Shown: positions 47,240-56,528 of the stretch, in pieces
Layout of the letters: each line of letters starts with the position of its first letter
How positions within the stretch are numbered: position 1 is the first letter of the stretch
Virus record (IMG/VR): IMGVR_UViG_3300012931_000759
Location: 248,001 to 312,000 of that record
Direction: 5' to 3' (one strand)
DNA length: 64,000 nucleotides
Translations under genes and position numbers: made by a program
Notes under the pieces: model-generated
Told to the model about the DNA's origin: nothing
Database searches by the model: none
The model's input: the letters and a program-made list of their open reading frames with translations, nothing else

Positions 47240-48111
47240 AAGTATCGGTGGTTATATCCGCATGCGACAACAGGGTCCACCTGTTTGAACGGGCTCTAGA
47301 CACCTGGGCGTCCCAGACAATGCCCAAGGATGAGTTCGAACTGTTGGTTGTAGACGACGCAGAACGCGAAAGCCTCCGCCAGCTGTGCCAAACTAAGGGT
47401 CCTGCCTGTGGGCTAAATATACGGTTCATTAGGATCGACAAGTCCAGGAGTGTGATCCCGGTAAAAAGCTTCATTCCGGTGCTGACGAACAACGTGGGTT
47501 TCCGCAAGGCGGCTGGGGAAGTTGTAGTCGTGACCGGCCCGGAGACGCTACAAGCATCCACCAACATGGAGATGGCCTGGACTATGCGCGATAGAACCGA
47601 ATGTGCCTATGGCCTCGTTTTCCGGGCGAACGCGTCCGCGACAGACTATATCGCTAAGGGATGGGACCGACTGAGGCGCCTTCCGATAGAGCACCTTCTC
47701 CAGATCCCCGGGGCGAAGGACAACTGCGTCACGATGTCACCTCACCCACCGGCCTATTGGTACTTTATGAGCGTTGCTAAAAAATATGTCGAGCAGATAG
47801 GTGGAGTTGATGAACGATTTCTTGGTGGCCTCTGTGCAGAGGACGACGACTTCTCCAATCGCATGAGGATGGCCGGAGTTGAGCCTGTGTTCGAGCACAG
47901 AATTGTGGGGATCCACCAGGATCACTCAAGAGAAGACCACAACGACGGCGTCCACATCAACCGGCGCGAAGGTCTAGGGTACAACCTCTGGGTTCATAAT
48001 TTCAGTCTAATGCAGGACAACTTGGTCAAAGGGGATCCAGTTGCGAACCAAGGGTATGATTGGGGAAGCTCTGACTTGACCATCATCGACGAGACGTACG
48101 GAGGCCGATGA
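47236..48111 (+). CDS. GT2 glycosyltransferase
   Basis: MKVSVVIS..ELLVVDD; GGVDERFLGGLCAEDDDFSNRM. Confidence 0.85.
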   Translation: MKVSVVISACDNRVHLFERALDTWASQTMPKDEFELLVVDDAERESLRQLCQTKGPACGLNIRFIRIDKSRSVIPVKSFIPVLTNNVGFRKAAGEVVVVTGPETLQASTNMEMAWTMRDRTECAYGLVFRANASATDYIAKGWDRLRRLPIEHLLQIPGAKDNCVTMSPHPPAYWYFMSVAKKYVEQIGGVDERFLGGLCAEDDDFSNRMRMAGVEPVFEHRIVGIHQDHSREDHNDGVHINRREGLGYNLWVHNFSLMQDNLVKGDPVANQGYDWGSSDLTIIDETYGGR

Positions 48112-48686
48112 TGAAGCTACACATGGGATGTGGGACAGTGTACCTCAAGGGGTACATAAATATAGACGGCGCCCCTGACTATCTTTCCGACGAGTGCCCT
48201 ACGGAACTTCTGACCCAGAATGCAACTGAGTTCGACCGGTACTATAAACAAGAGTTCTGTACACTTCCAGGGCATGTGGTTGCCGACCTGAAGCACAACC
48301 TGATGGAGCCACTGCCATTCCCCAATGGGTTCGTGGACGAGATCGTAATGTACCAGGTCTTGGAGCATATCCCAGTTTACGAGGTTGGGAAACTCGTGGC
48401 TGACATCGCGCGTGTGCTCAGGATCGGGGGCGCATTTATCGTGAGCGTTCCGGACATCAAAGAAACCGCGAAGTTGTTGGCGGCTGCCCAAACCGAGCAG
48501 GAAGAGGATTGGGCTATCAGACTCCTACACGGAACACAGAGAAACCAGTGGTCCCACCATTTCTGCGGATATGTAACTCGCACTCTCAAATCGCTCCTTG
48601 CGCAGCATGGCTTCTCGACCTTTGAGGATATGCCGAGCATCAACTTTTACCCAGTCATACACCTAAAGGCAATCAAGGGGGGATAA
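48108..48686 (+). CDS. SAM-dependent methyltransferase (type 11-like)
   Basis: KLHMGCG..GYINID, LPFPNGFVDEIVMYQVLEHI, RVLRIGG..VSVPD. Confidence 0.85.
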   Translation: MMKLHMGCGTVYLKGYINIDGAPDYLSDECPTELLTQNATEFDRYYKQEFCTLPGHVVADLKHNLMEPLPFPNGFVDEIVMYQVLEHIPVYEVGKLVADIARVLRIGGAFIVSVPDIKETAKLLAAAQTEQEEDWAIRLLHGTQRNQWSHHFCGYVTRTLKSLLAQHGFSTFEDMPSINFYPVIHLKAIKGG

Positions 48687-49655
48687 ATGAGAGTCATGGT
48701 AACAGGTGGAACAGGCTTTCTCGGCACGCATGTCGTCGCCGAACTTGAAAATCGTGGACATATAGTTGATGCTTTGCCAACTCCTAGTGAAAATTCCGGG
48801 TACGACCTTACAAATATGTGCGATGTCGTAGCTGCATTCTCGCTCCCGATACCGCCCGATGCCGTCATCCACCTGGCCGCCAAGTGCGGAGGCATTGGGG
48901 CAAACATGCGTCGGCCGGGGGAGTTCTTTAGGGACAACATCTTAATGGGTGTTAATACAATAGATGTTGCGAAAACCTGTGGCATCAGGAAGTTCGTGTG
49001 CGTGGGTACTATATGCGCTTATCCGGAGCACACACCGGTGCCGTTCAAGGAGACTGATCTTTGGAAAGGATATCCGGAGCCCACAAATGGAGCATACGGT
49101 ATCGCCAAGAAGGCACTTATGGTCATGCTACAGTCATACCGGCAGCAGTATGGCTTTAACGGGATCTACCTCCTACCGGTCAATCTCTATGGGCCTGGAG
49201 ATCATTTCTCCCTGGAGGACTCGCATGTCATCCCAGCAATGATCCGTAAATTCGACACGGCTAAGGACGAGGGAAGGCCCACCGTCTCCTTGTGGGGCAC
49301 TGGCAGTGCCTCCAGGGAATTCCTGTACGTCAAGGACGCAGCTAAAGGGATCGTTGACGCACTGGAACGCTACGATGGGCCGGAGCCGGTAAATCTCGGG
49401 AATGGGCACGAAATCTCGATCCGTAAACTGGCGGAGAAGATACAGGACACGGTCGGCTACAATGGGATCATCGAGTGGGATATCTCCAAGCCCGACGGCC
49501 AGCCGCGCCGGTGTCTCGACACGAGTCGCGCCAAGGAGCTGTTTGGTTTTGAGGCCAAGACGCCATTCCTGCTCGGGTTGATCGAGACATACGAATGGTG
49601 GCTGGCCAATAAGGCCGTCATCCTGGCGCAAGAAAATATGTCGCATAAGGAATAA
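48687..49655 (+). CDS. fcl: GDP-L-fucose synthase
   Basis: VTGGTGFLG, HLAAKCGGIGAN, GYPEPTNGAYGIAK, SHVIPAMIRKF, KPDGQPRR. Confidence 0.95.
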   Translation: MRVMVTGGTGFLGTHVVAELENRGHIVDALPTPSENSGYDLTNMCDVVAAFSLPIPPDAVIHLAAKCGGIGANMRRPGEFFRDNILMGVNTIDVAKTCGIRKFVCVGTICAYPEHTPVPFKETDLWKGYPEPTNGAYGIAKKALMVMLQSYRQQYGFNGIYLLPVNLYGPGDHFSLEDSHVIPAMIRKFDTAKDEGRPTVSLWGTGSASREFLYVKDAAKGIVDALERYDGPEPVNLGNGHEISIRKLAEKIQDTVGYNGIIEWDISKPDGQPRRCLDTSRAKELFGFEAKTPFLLGLIETYEWWLANKAVILAQENMSHKE

Positions 49656-49657
49656 TT

Positions 49658-50650
49658 ATGAAACATACAGCACTCATTACTGGAATAGGTGGACAAGATG
49701 CTAGTTTTATGGCCGAATTCCTTTTGGAAAAAGGGTATCGCGTCATTGGTTTGATTCGCCGTAACGCCATGCGCAGTCTGGGAAACGCGGCTCATCTTGA
49801 GAACGACATCGACATCGAGGAGGGAGACATCACGGATGCCACCTCGATGATGCGTATCATTCAGCGCTCTAGACCGCATGAGATCTATAATCTGGCGGCC
49901 CAGTCCCATGTAGGGACCAGTTTTGAGCAACCGGTGGCCACGGTGAACATCGACACCCTCGGGGTGGTTAATATCCTTGAGGCGATTAAGACCCTCGGGT
50001 TCTCAACCCGGATCTTCCAGGCCTCGACAAGCGAGTTGTGGGGTGACTCTCTTCCACCACAGAACGAAGAAACCGTCATGCGTCCGCGCAGTCCATATGC
50101 CATAGCAAAACTTGCGTCGCATTGGTTCATCAGGATGTATCGCGAGGCGTATAGGATGTACTGCTGCGCCGGTATTACCCATAACCATGAATCTGAGCGG
50201 CGCGGTCCGCTTTTCGTGACCAGGAAGATTTCGCTTGGGGTGGCCAACGTTCTGAAAGATCCATCGTACAGGATCAAACTGGGCAACATTGACGCCGCTA
50301 GGGACTGGGGCTACGCCCCGGATTTTGTAGAGGGGTTCTGGCTATCTCTACAGCAGCCAAAACCCGACGATTTTGTCTTCGCCACTGGCGAGATGCACAC
50401 AGTTGGGGAGTTTGTAGAGAAAGCCTTCGCTAGGGCTGGAATAGAGGACTGGGGCACGTACGTCGAGGTCGACCGTTTCATGATGCGCCCATTGGAGGTT
50501 GAGAGCTTGTGCGGGGATCCATCCAAGGCCAAAGCGACACTTGGGTGGGAGCCGAAAGTCAAGTTCGAGCAGCTCGTCAAGATCATGGTTGAGTACGACT
50601 GTAAGCTGCTCGGTGTCGAAGATAAATTGCCGAAAATAGAGGGAAAGTAA
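49658..50650 (+). CDS. gmd: GDP-mannose 4,6-dehydratase
   Basis: ALITGIGGQD, YNLAAQSHVGTSF, QASTSELWG, PRSPYAIAK, NHESERRG, RDWGYAPD. Confidence 0.96.
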   Translation: MKHTALITGIGGQDASFMAEFLLEKGYRVIGLIRRNAMRSLGNAAHLENDIDIEEGDITDATSMMRIIQRSRPHEIYNLAAQSHVGTSFEQPVATVNIDTLGVVNILEAIKTLGFSTRIFQASTSELWGDSLPPQNEETVMRPRSPYAIAKLASHWFIRMYREAYRMYCCAGITHNHESERRGPLFVTRKISLGVANVLKDPSYRIKLGNIDAARDWGYAPDFVEGFWLSLQQPKPDDFVFATGEMHTVGEFVEKAFARAGIEDWGTYVEVDRFMMRPLEVESLCGDPSKAKATLGWEPKVKFEQLVKIMVEYDCKLLGVEDKLPKIEGK

Positions 50651-51447
50651 TGAGCCAACGACACCATTCGACCGTCGGAGTGTATATGCCAGCGCACAAC
50701 GTTGTAGCATACATAGGCGACGCCATCAAGAGCATTATCGCCCAAGATTTCAAGGACTGGGAACTTGTGGTGCTGGATGACGCCTCGGATGACGGCACTT
50801 TCGAGGCGGCCATGAAGGTGGCAAACGACCATTGTTGTGTTCTGCGCAACGACACCCGTTGCGGCCTGATCGGAAAGCTGAAGAACGAGAGCATTGACCG
50901 CCTTTACAAACCTGAGTTTATCTGTCACGTGGGAGCGGACGATACGATCCCACCCGACTGCCTGTCATCGTTTGTGTCATTTATGCGTGTTAATCTAGAC
51001 CTGGTGGCGGCCTGTGGTACATTCGACTGTTTCGATGACGCAGGGAATAAGTGGATGATGCCGCACGTCCTGGCAGACAAGGGCTTCAGCAGAGAGAGAC
51101 TTTTGCGATACATGAATTTCTACCCACAAAGATTTTATAGGAAGGAAGCTGTTGAAATAGTTGGAGGATACTCTAACACCCTGTCGTCAGCGGTTGACTA
51201 CGATTTAGCTCTTAGGCTCGACGAAAAGTTCCCGGGCAGACTGGGACGACTTGAGGGAAAAATCACCTATCACTACCGGCAGCACCCCTTACAGATTTCG
51301 AGGGCAGCTAGGTTGGAGCAAGATCTGAATGCCAAGGTAGCGCTCCAAACGGCTCTTGATCGTCGCAAAACCGGACAGGAGGTAGTGAACGACAAGCCGC
51401 CTTTCCAGCTTAGGGAGCAAGAGGGGCACTTCATATGGGGAAAGTGA
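50650..51447 (+). CDS. GT2 glycosyltransferase
   Basis: VYMPAHNV..AIKSIIAQ..WELVVLDDASDDGT; HVGADD; AVDYDLALR. Confidence 0.9.
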   Translation: MSQRHHSTVGVYMPAHNVVAYIGDAIKSIIAQDFKDWELVVLDDASDDGTFEAAMKVANDHCCVLRNDTRCGLIGKLKNESIDRLYKPEFICHVGADDTIPPDCLSSFVSFMRVNLDLVAACGTFDCFDDAGNKWMMPHVLADKGFSRERLLRYMNFYPQRFYRKEAVEIVGGYSNTLSSAVDYDLALRLDEKFPGRLGRLEGKITYHYRQHPLQISRAARLEQDLNAKVALQTALDRRKTGQEVVNDKPPFQLREQEGHFIWGK

Positions 51448-52343
51448 TGAGGAAAATCCTTGTTTGCGGTTCAGCTGGATTTCTGATGTCGAACATGATG
51501 CGGTACATGTTATATCGCACAAAGGATTACGAGTTCGCCAGCATCGACCCATTGCGGAACAAGGAGGACCAGCGCAATATCTACATGCACAAGAGGCATT
51601 CATTCCATGTGGGTGATGTCGGCAATCCCGAACTTCTGGATAGGGTAGTACGCATCGAGAATCCGGACATTGTGGTTATAGGTACCGGAACGCCGCAACC
51701 TATTTACTCTAATGGTGCGGCTGTCGAGGATATTGTTCTCCCGACAGCCTCTGTATGCGACCTTTCCAAGATCTACGGCTTCCGTGTTGTGCGGCTAGTA
51801 CCAGATGTGGATATTACAGATATGGGTAGCAGATCCCTGTGGAATCATGTCGAGACCATGGTGTTTGATGTGAGGGGCACAGTTTTACGTATGCCAGTAT
51901 GTTTTGGAAGGAGGGGTCGTGGCTTGTTCGAACAGGCGTTGTGTACAATCCTCTCAGGGCATGCTTGTTCAGGATGGAAACTAGATACTAGGAAAAGATG
52001 GTACGCCTATGCAGAGGATGTGGCTTCTATGCTCTGGTTTATTATGGAGAATCCAACTGTGCGCATTCCTGGACCACCTCCGATCCCAAACATAGTCAGG
52101 ATGCCAGCCCTTGGATGCGCCAATACAGCGGATATGATTGCTATGGCGCATCCTGTGTTGGGGTGGGGACAACCCTTTACATATAATATATATATGGGAA
52201 AGGAAGAGCCAATATTACCAGGCTGGATGCCAGACTCTAAAGATCTTATTGATGCTGTTTTAAAAACAGCAAAATGGTATACAATGAATAAGTGGATTTT
52301 TGATACAGAAGGCTACATATCCCCTCTATCCGGAGGACGTTAA
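51447..52343 (+). CDS. Degenerate NAD-dependent epimerase/dehydratase (RmlB-like fold)
   Basis: KILVCGSAGFL, FHVGDVGN, KRWYAYAEDVA; the catalytic YxxxK motif is not found. Confidence 0.65.
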   Translation: MRKILVCGSAGFLMSNMMRYMLYRTKDYEFASIDPLRNKEDQRNIYMHKRHSFHVGDVGNPELLDRVVRIENPDIVVIGTGTPQPIYSNGAAVEDIVLPTASVCDLSKIYGFRVVRLVPDVDITDMGSRSLWNHVETMVFDVRGTVLRMPVCFGRRGRGLFEQALCTILSGHACSGWKLDTRKRWYAYAEDVASMLWFIMENPTVRIPGPPPIPNIVRMPALGCANTADMIAMAHPVLGWGQPFTYNIYMGKEEPILPGWMPDSKDLIDAVLKTAKWYTMNKWIFDTEGYISPLSGGR

Positions 52344-52395
52344 AGAAATATCCGCGTGCGCGAGCACTGTCAAGCGGAAAATGGAGAATACCAAG

Positions 52396-53790
52396 ATGAC
52401 CGAGGAAAAAACGAATCACGTCGTTGTGGAGGAAAGCACACGACCCGGCGCCCAGGCCGATGATGAATTGGAGCGCCACCTTGCGGAGCCCCCGCTGGAT
52501 CCGGCAGTCCTGGAGCGTCTTCGCGCCAAGCAAAACACAGCAAAGGAGGCTACTGTACCGGCACCTGTGGTGCCGACGAAAACGGACCGTAGCCTGAACT
52601 TTGGAGTCGTCGGCCTAGGACAGGCCGGCTCCAGGATTGCTGAGGCTTTCCATGATCTCGGATACGATGCCTGCGTTATCAACACAGCAACGCAGGACCT
52701 GGAATTCATCGGTATGCCCGAGAACAGGAAACTATTTCTGCCCTTCGCTCTTGGAGGTGCGGGTAAGGAACTCGACAACGGGCGGCAGGCCGTCGAGCAG
52801 AATGCCGAGGCTATCATGACCAAACTACACGCGATGTTTGGTGACAAGAATCAGATGATGCTGCTTGCCGTCAGTGGCGGCGGCGGCACTGGGAGCGGCG
52901 GTGCTGAGGCCATCATTGGGCTCATGAGTACGCTTGGTAAACCAGTTGGTGTGATCTACGTTCTACCCATGGACACCGAAGATTCACTAACAAAGCATAA
53001 TGCCGTCACGACATTGGGTAGGCTGGCCAAAATGACTAGCGCCGACACAATCTCTACTTTGATCGTGGTCGACAATGCGAAGATCGAACTACTGTACCCA
53101 GGATTGAGCAAGGCGGCCTTCTGGCCAGCAGCTAATCGGGCGATCGTTGAGCCACTTCATCTGTTCAACAGTCTGTCGGCTATGGCTACGCCGTACGATA
53201 GTCTAGATTCGATGGACTTCGGACGTATCTTCACGGCTGGCGACTGTCTGATCTACGGGATGATGGAGGTTCCAAACTACAGGGAGACAACCGCCATCGC
53301 CGAGGCTGTCATGAGCCAACTTGAAGGAAGTCTCTTGGCGGGGGATTTCAATTTGAAAGAGGCTAGATTCGGCGGACTTCTTGTAGTAGGAAGCCCGCAG
53401 TCAATGGCAAGTTTGCCAGCGGAAAACATCCATTACGCGGCCCATATGGTGAGTGAGGCCTGCGATTATGCGCAACTGACTCGTGGAGTGTATGAAATCC
53501 CAGACATTGGGGATGATGTTGTGCGCGTCTACACAATGTTTAGTGGTCTCGGACTTCCGGCGGCCAGGATCGACATCCTCAAGCAGGAGGCTGAGGACCA
53601 AATGCGGCAGATCCACGAGAAGGAGAAGACACGCGCCTCGCGGATGGAGGTTGATTACGGGGCTGGGGGCGGAACTGTTGCGAAGGCTCAGGAAATCCGC
53701 CGACTTATACAGAAGGACAAGAGTAGTTTCGGCAAGCTGACATCGAACGCCAACAGGCGTCCCGACATCATTGATCGCCGGAGGCGCTAA
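52396..53790 (+). CDS. Tubulin/FtsZ-family GTPase (phage PhuZ/TubZ-like)
   Basis: VVGLGQAGSRIA, VINTA, tubulin signature GGGGGTGSG, VVDN; basic C-terminal tail. Start at 52396 (SD GGAG) or 52381. Confidence 0.9.
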   Translation: MTEEKTNHVVVEESTRPGAQADDELERHLAEPPLDPAVLERLRAKQNTAKEATVPAPVVPTKTDRSLNFGVVGLGQAGSRIAEAFHDLGYDACVINTATQDLEFIGMPENRKLFLPFALGGAGKELDNGRQAVEQNAEAIMTKLHAMFGDKNQMMLLAVSGGGGTGSGGAEAIIGLMSTLGKPVGVIYVLPMDTEDSLTKHNAVTTLGRLAKMTSADTISTLIVVDNAKIELLYPGLSKAAFWPAANRAIVEPLHLFNSLSAMATPYDSLDSMDFGRIFTAGDCLIYGMMEVPNYRETTAIAEAVMSQLEGSLLAGDFNLKEARFGGLLVVGSPQSMASLPAENIHYAAHMVSEACDYAQLTRGVYEIPDIGDDVVRVYTMFSGLGLPAARIDILKQEAEDQMRQIHEKEKTRASRMEVDYGAGGGTVAKAQEIRRLIQKDKSSFGKLTSNANRRPDIIDRRRR

Positions 53791-53802
53791 GCAGGAGTTC
53801 CT

Positions 53803-55341
53803 GTGCCGGTTCGGATCATCATCAATAATATTTGGTCGCGTATTAGCGGTTTGTCCGAGGCTGGCATAGGGCTCGTCGACGATCTTGACCTACAGCTGAG
53901 TTTCCATATTGAAGGCTATCAGTATATGCGGGCTTTCAAGCAGGGTTGGTATGACAAGGAGAGCGGCCAATGGCGACACTGGGATGGTCGCAGACATCTG
54001 CTCAACCAGAAGATGGTGTTCCCCACCGGGCTTCTGACTAGGGTCACGGCGTTCCTCGATCGGCGTAAGGTCGCGTACGAGTTGAGCGACCAGCGCGCGC
54101 CCGTCGTGGGTGGTGGGCGTTTCGATGTGGCCGGGCGCACCCCTTGGCCGCACCAGAAGGCCGCAGTCGAAGCGGCGCTGAAGGCCGAGCGTGGAATTAT
54201 CCGCATTGGGACAGGTGGTGGTAAAACATACATGGCGGCAATGATGATTGCCGAGTACAATATACCGACGATGATATACGTCGTCGGTAAAGACCTACTC
54301 CACCAGTTTCACCGCGAGATGAGCAAGGCCCTTGGACGCAATAGTGTCGGTATCGTGGGAGATGGATACTGCGATGTGCGCAGATTTACTGTGTGTTCTG
54401 TATGGACTGCCGCCACAGCATTTGGACTGAAGTCTCATGTTTCATTGGATGACGAGGACTGGGCACCAGATATTGTGTCCATAGGCCCCAAAAGCAAGCG
54501 GGCCATTCAGAGTGCTGTGGAGAACGCCAACCTGGCCATTTTCGACGAGGCGCATTTTCTGGCGTGCGAAACAATCCAGGAGATCTTCAAGGCAAGCAAA
54601 TGTTGTCGGTACATGTTTGGCATGACCGGCACGGATTGGAGGGATGATGGGGCAGATCTACTCCTAGAGGCCTCGTGCGGCGGGCGCATCTTCAATATGC
54701 CTGCGTCTAAACTTATAGAAATGGGGTACTTGGTCACGCCCAAGATAGCGCTGGTGGAGATGCCGCCGCTCGATGAGCCCTGCCCGAACAGCTGGAGCGC
54801 GGTGTACAGCCGCTACGTGACGCACAACGAAGTCCGGAACCAGGCGATTATTGATGGGGCGCGAAGGCTCATCAACATGGGAAGAAAGGTTCTGATCCTC
54901 GTGCGTTATCTTCCACATGGCCAAAAACTTGTCGACATGCTACAGGATTTGCCCGTATTCTTCGTCAATGGGAGATTGGACGGCGAAACCCGGCAGGCGG
55001 TCAAGGAGCGGTTCGAAAGGGGTGAACTGCGCTGCCTAGTGGCGTCGTCGGTTTTCGACATCGGCGTCGACATTCCGAGCCTAGACGCGCTAGTACTGGC
55101 CGGGGCGGGAAAGTCGACAGTACGCGTCCTACAGCGCATTGGCCGCGTTATACGGGCGGCGGAAGGCAAGAAGGACGCCATTGTGATGGACTTTATCGAC
55201 AATGCCAAATATCTCGATAAGCACTCCGCAATCCGTATCGCCGTCTACGAGGCAGAGCCAGGGTTCAGGCTCAAGTTTCCGAAGGGGTTTGACCACGACT
55301 CGCTCAAACGGATCAAAAAGCTCAAGGCGAAAATCGGCTGA
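53803..55341 (+). CDS. Superfamily 2 DNA helicase (UvsW/XPB-like)
   Basis: GTGGGKT, DEAH, GMTGT, FDIGVDIP, QRIGRVIR; GTG start after SD GGAG. Confidence 0.92.
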   Translation: MPVRIIINNIWSRISGLSEAGIGLVDDLDLQLSFHIEGYQYMRAFKQGWYDKESGQWRHWDGRRHLLNQKMVFPTGLLTRVTAFLDRRKVAYELSDQRAPVVGGGRFDVAGRTPWPHQKAAVEAALKAERGIIRIGTGGGKTYMAAMMIAEYNIPTMIYVVGKDLLHQFHREMSKALGRNSVGIVGDGYCDVRRFTVCSVWTAATAFGLKSHVSLDDEDWAPDIVSIGPKSKRAIQSAVENANLAIFDEAHFLACETIQEIFKASKCCRYMFGMTGTDWRDDGADLLLEASCGGRIFNMPASKLIEMGYLVTPKIALVEMPPLDEPCPNSWSAVYSRYVTHNEVRNQAIIDGARRLINMGRKVLILVRYLPHGQKLVDMLQDLPVFFVNGRLDGETRQAVKERFERGELRCLVASSVFDIGVDIPSLDALVLAGAGKSTVRVLQRIGRVIRAAEGKKDAIVMDFIDNAKYLDKHSAIRIAVYEAEPGFRLKFPKGFDHDSLKRIKKLKAKIG

Positions 55342-56023
55342 GTGTACGTGCGGCGCACGCAAGCAGGTGTCGTATGCCGGAGACGGGGTTGAATACCCTG
55401 TTTTCTTTTGTCCGTCGTGCGGCCCGGACAAGCGCAACGAGTGGGAGCTTTGGTGGAGTGAGTACAGACTCCTGTGGCAGGATAACAGTAAATGGGAAGA
55501 ACCCAAACATCGCCTTCCGTGTCTGCTTGGGTTCTTCTGCGCAAAATACGCGGATCTGTACGGAAATCCGTTCCGCTTTACCTACGCTAGTCCAAATCCA
55601 TACACAAGCAAGGATTTCATCATGGGCCGCCGCCTGCTCGCTATGTTCGATGGCGACGCCAAGGCGGCCAGGACCTATCTCAAGTGGGTTTTTGCGTTCA
55701 AGATCCGGAATACAAACTATGTGGTGAGCAGCCTTGGCTTCTTCGTGTCACAGAAATTTGTGGCTGAGTATATGCACGCCAAGGCGCGGTCGCGGGTGCT
55801 GCGGAGATCGAGCCCGCTTCCGACGGATTTCGTGGAGTGGTGCCTGGCCAACGAGCCGGAAATATTCGACCGCCAGGAGTTGGAGACATGGAATGACCTG
55901 AACGGCCTGGTAACGCACGTAAAGCACTACGGGAAGGATGACACCGAAAGCAGGGTGGTAACTGAGGCGGTCCGCAGGGGAATGCTGCCGCGCGGTCCAG
56001 ATTATGTTAGGCTGGAGGACTGA
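55202..56023 (+). CDS. Hypothetical replication-region protein with N-terminal zinc ribbon (start uncertain)
   Basis: Protein-like from about 55337 (ECTCG..FFCPSCG). The true start codon is unclear because the upstream part overlaps the helicase. Confidence 0.6.
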   Translation: MPNISISTPQSVSPSTRQSQGSGSSFRRGLTTTRSNGSKSSRRKSAECTCGARKQVSYAGDGVEYPVFFCPSCGPDKRNEWELWWSEYRLLWQDNSKWEEPKHRLPCLLGFFCAKYADLYGNPFRFTYASPNPYTSKDFIMGRRLLAMFDGDAKAARTYLKWVFAFKIRNTNYVVSSLGFFVSQKFVAEYMHAKARSRVLRRSSPLPTDFVEWCLANEPEIFDRQELETWNDLNGLVTHVKHYGKDDTESRVVTEAVRRGMLPRGPDYVRLED

Positions 56024-56027
56024 GAAG

Positions 56028-56528
56028 ATGGACATGATCGAAACGATGCGGCGAAGTGAAGCCGTGGAGATTTCGTTGAGGAACGGCCATGTGGTGTATG
56101 GGCGTTTCCTTGGGGTTTCGGGCAAGAATCTCATCTTGTGTGATCCGGACGGGGCGGTATTATTTGTGCCGTTTGCCGAGGAGAACGTGGCCTATATTAA
56201 GGTAGTTTCGGCCGATCCCGAGATCAGCCGGATGCTCGACCGTCTGTACGGAGACCGCCCATCCCACCAGCCGGTCGAGCCGCCAGAGGCCCAACCTGGT
56301 CGGCGGCTCCAGGATGAGCTGTCGCTGCGCCGTGTAGATCCGCCCGATCCTGAGCCGGGGAGAGTTGACGTACAGCCGGTCATCCTTGGCGGACTGCCTG
56401 CCAACCGGCACGCCGCGATCGAAGAGGTCAAGGAGAGGCATCGCCACTCCAATACATTCGGGTCGAGTCAGACTGCGCCCAGGCCCGCATATAGGCCGCG
56501 CATCCAGAGGGAAGACAAGGAAGAATGA
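56028..56528 (+). CDS. Sm/LSm-fold-like protein with Pro-rich tail
   Basis: SD GGAGG; EAVEISLRNGHVVYGRFLGVSGKNLILCD resembles the Sm1 motif. Confidence 0.5.
   Translation: MDMIETMRRSEAVEISLRNGHVVYGRFLGVSGKNLILCDPDGAVLFVPFAEENVAYIKVVSADPEISRMLDRLYGDRPSHQPVEPPEAQPGRRLQDELSLRRVDPPDPEPGRVDVQPVILGGLPANRHAAIEEVKERHRHSNTFGSSQTAPRPAYRPRIQREDKEE

Noticed and set aside
52396-53790. Nucleus-forming phage
   Set aside because: Tubulin alone is insufficient, and no chimallin-like gene is recognisable here.
55310-55341. -1 frameshift at C-AAA-AAG fusing the helicase to the next ORF
   Set aside because: The downstream ORF is in the +1 frame, so a -1 shift would not reach it.
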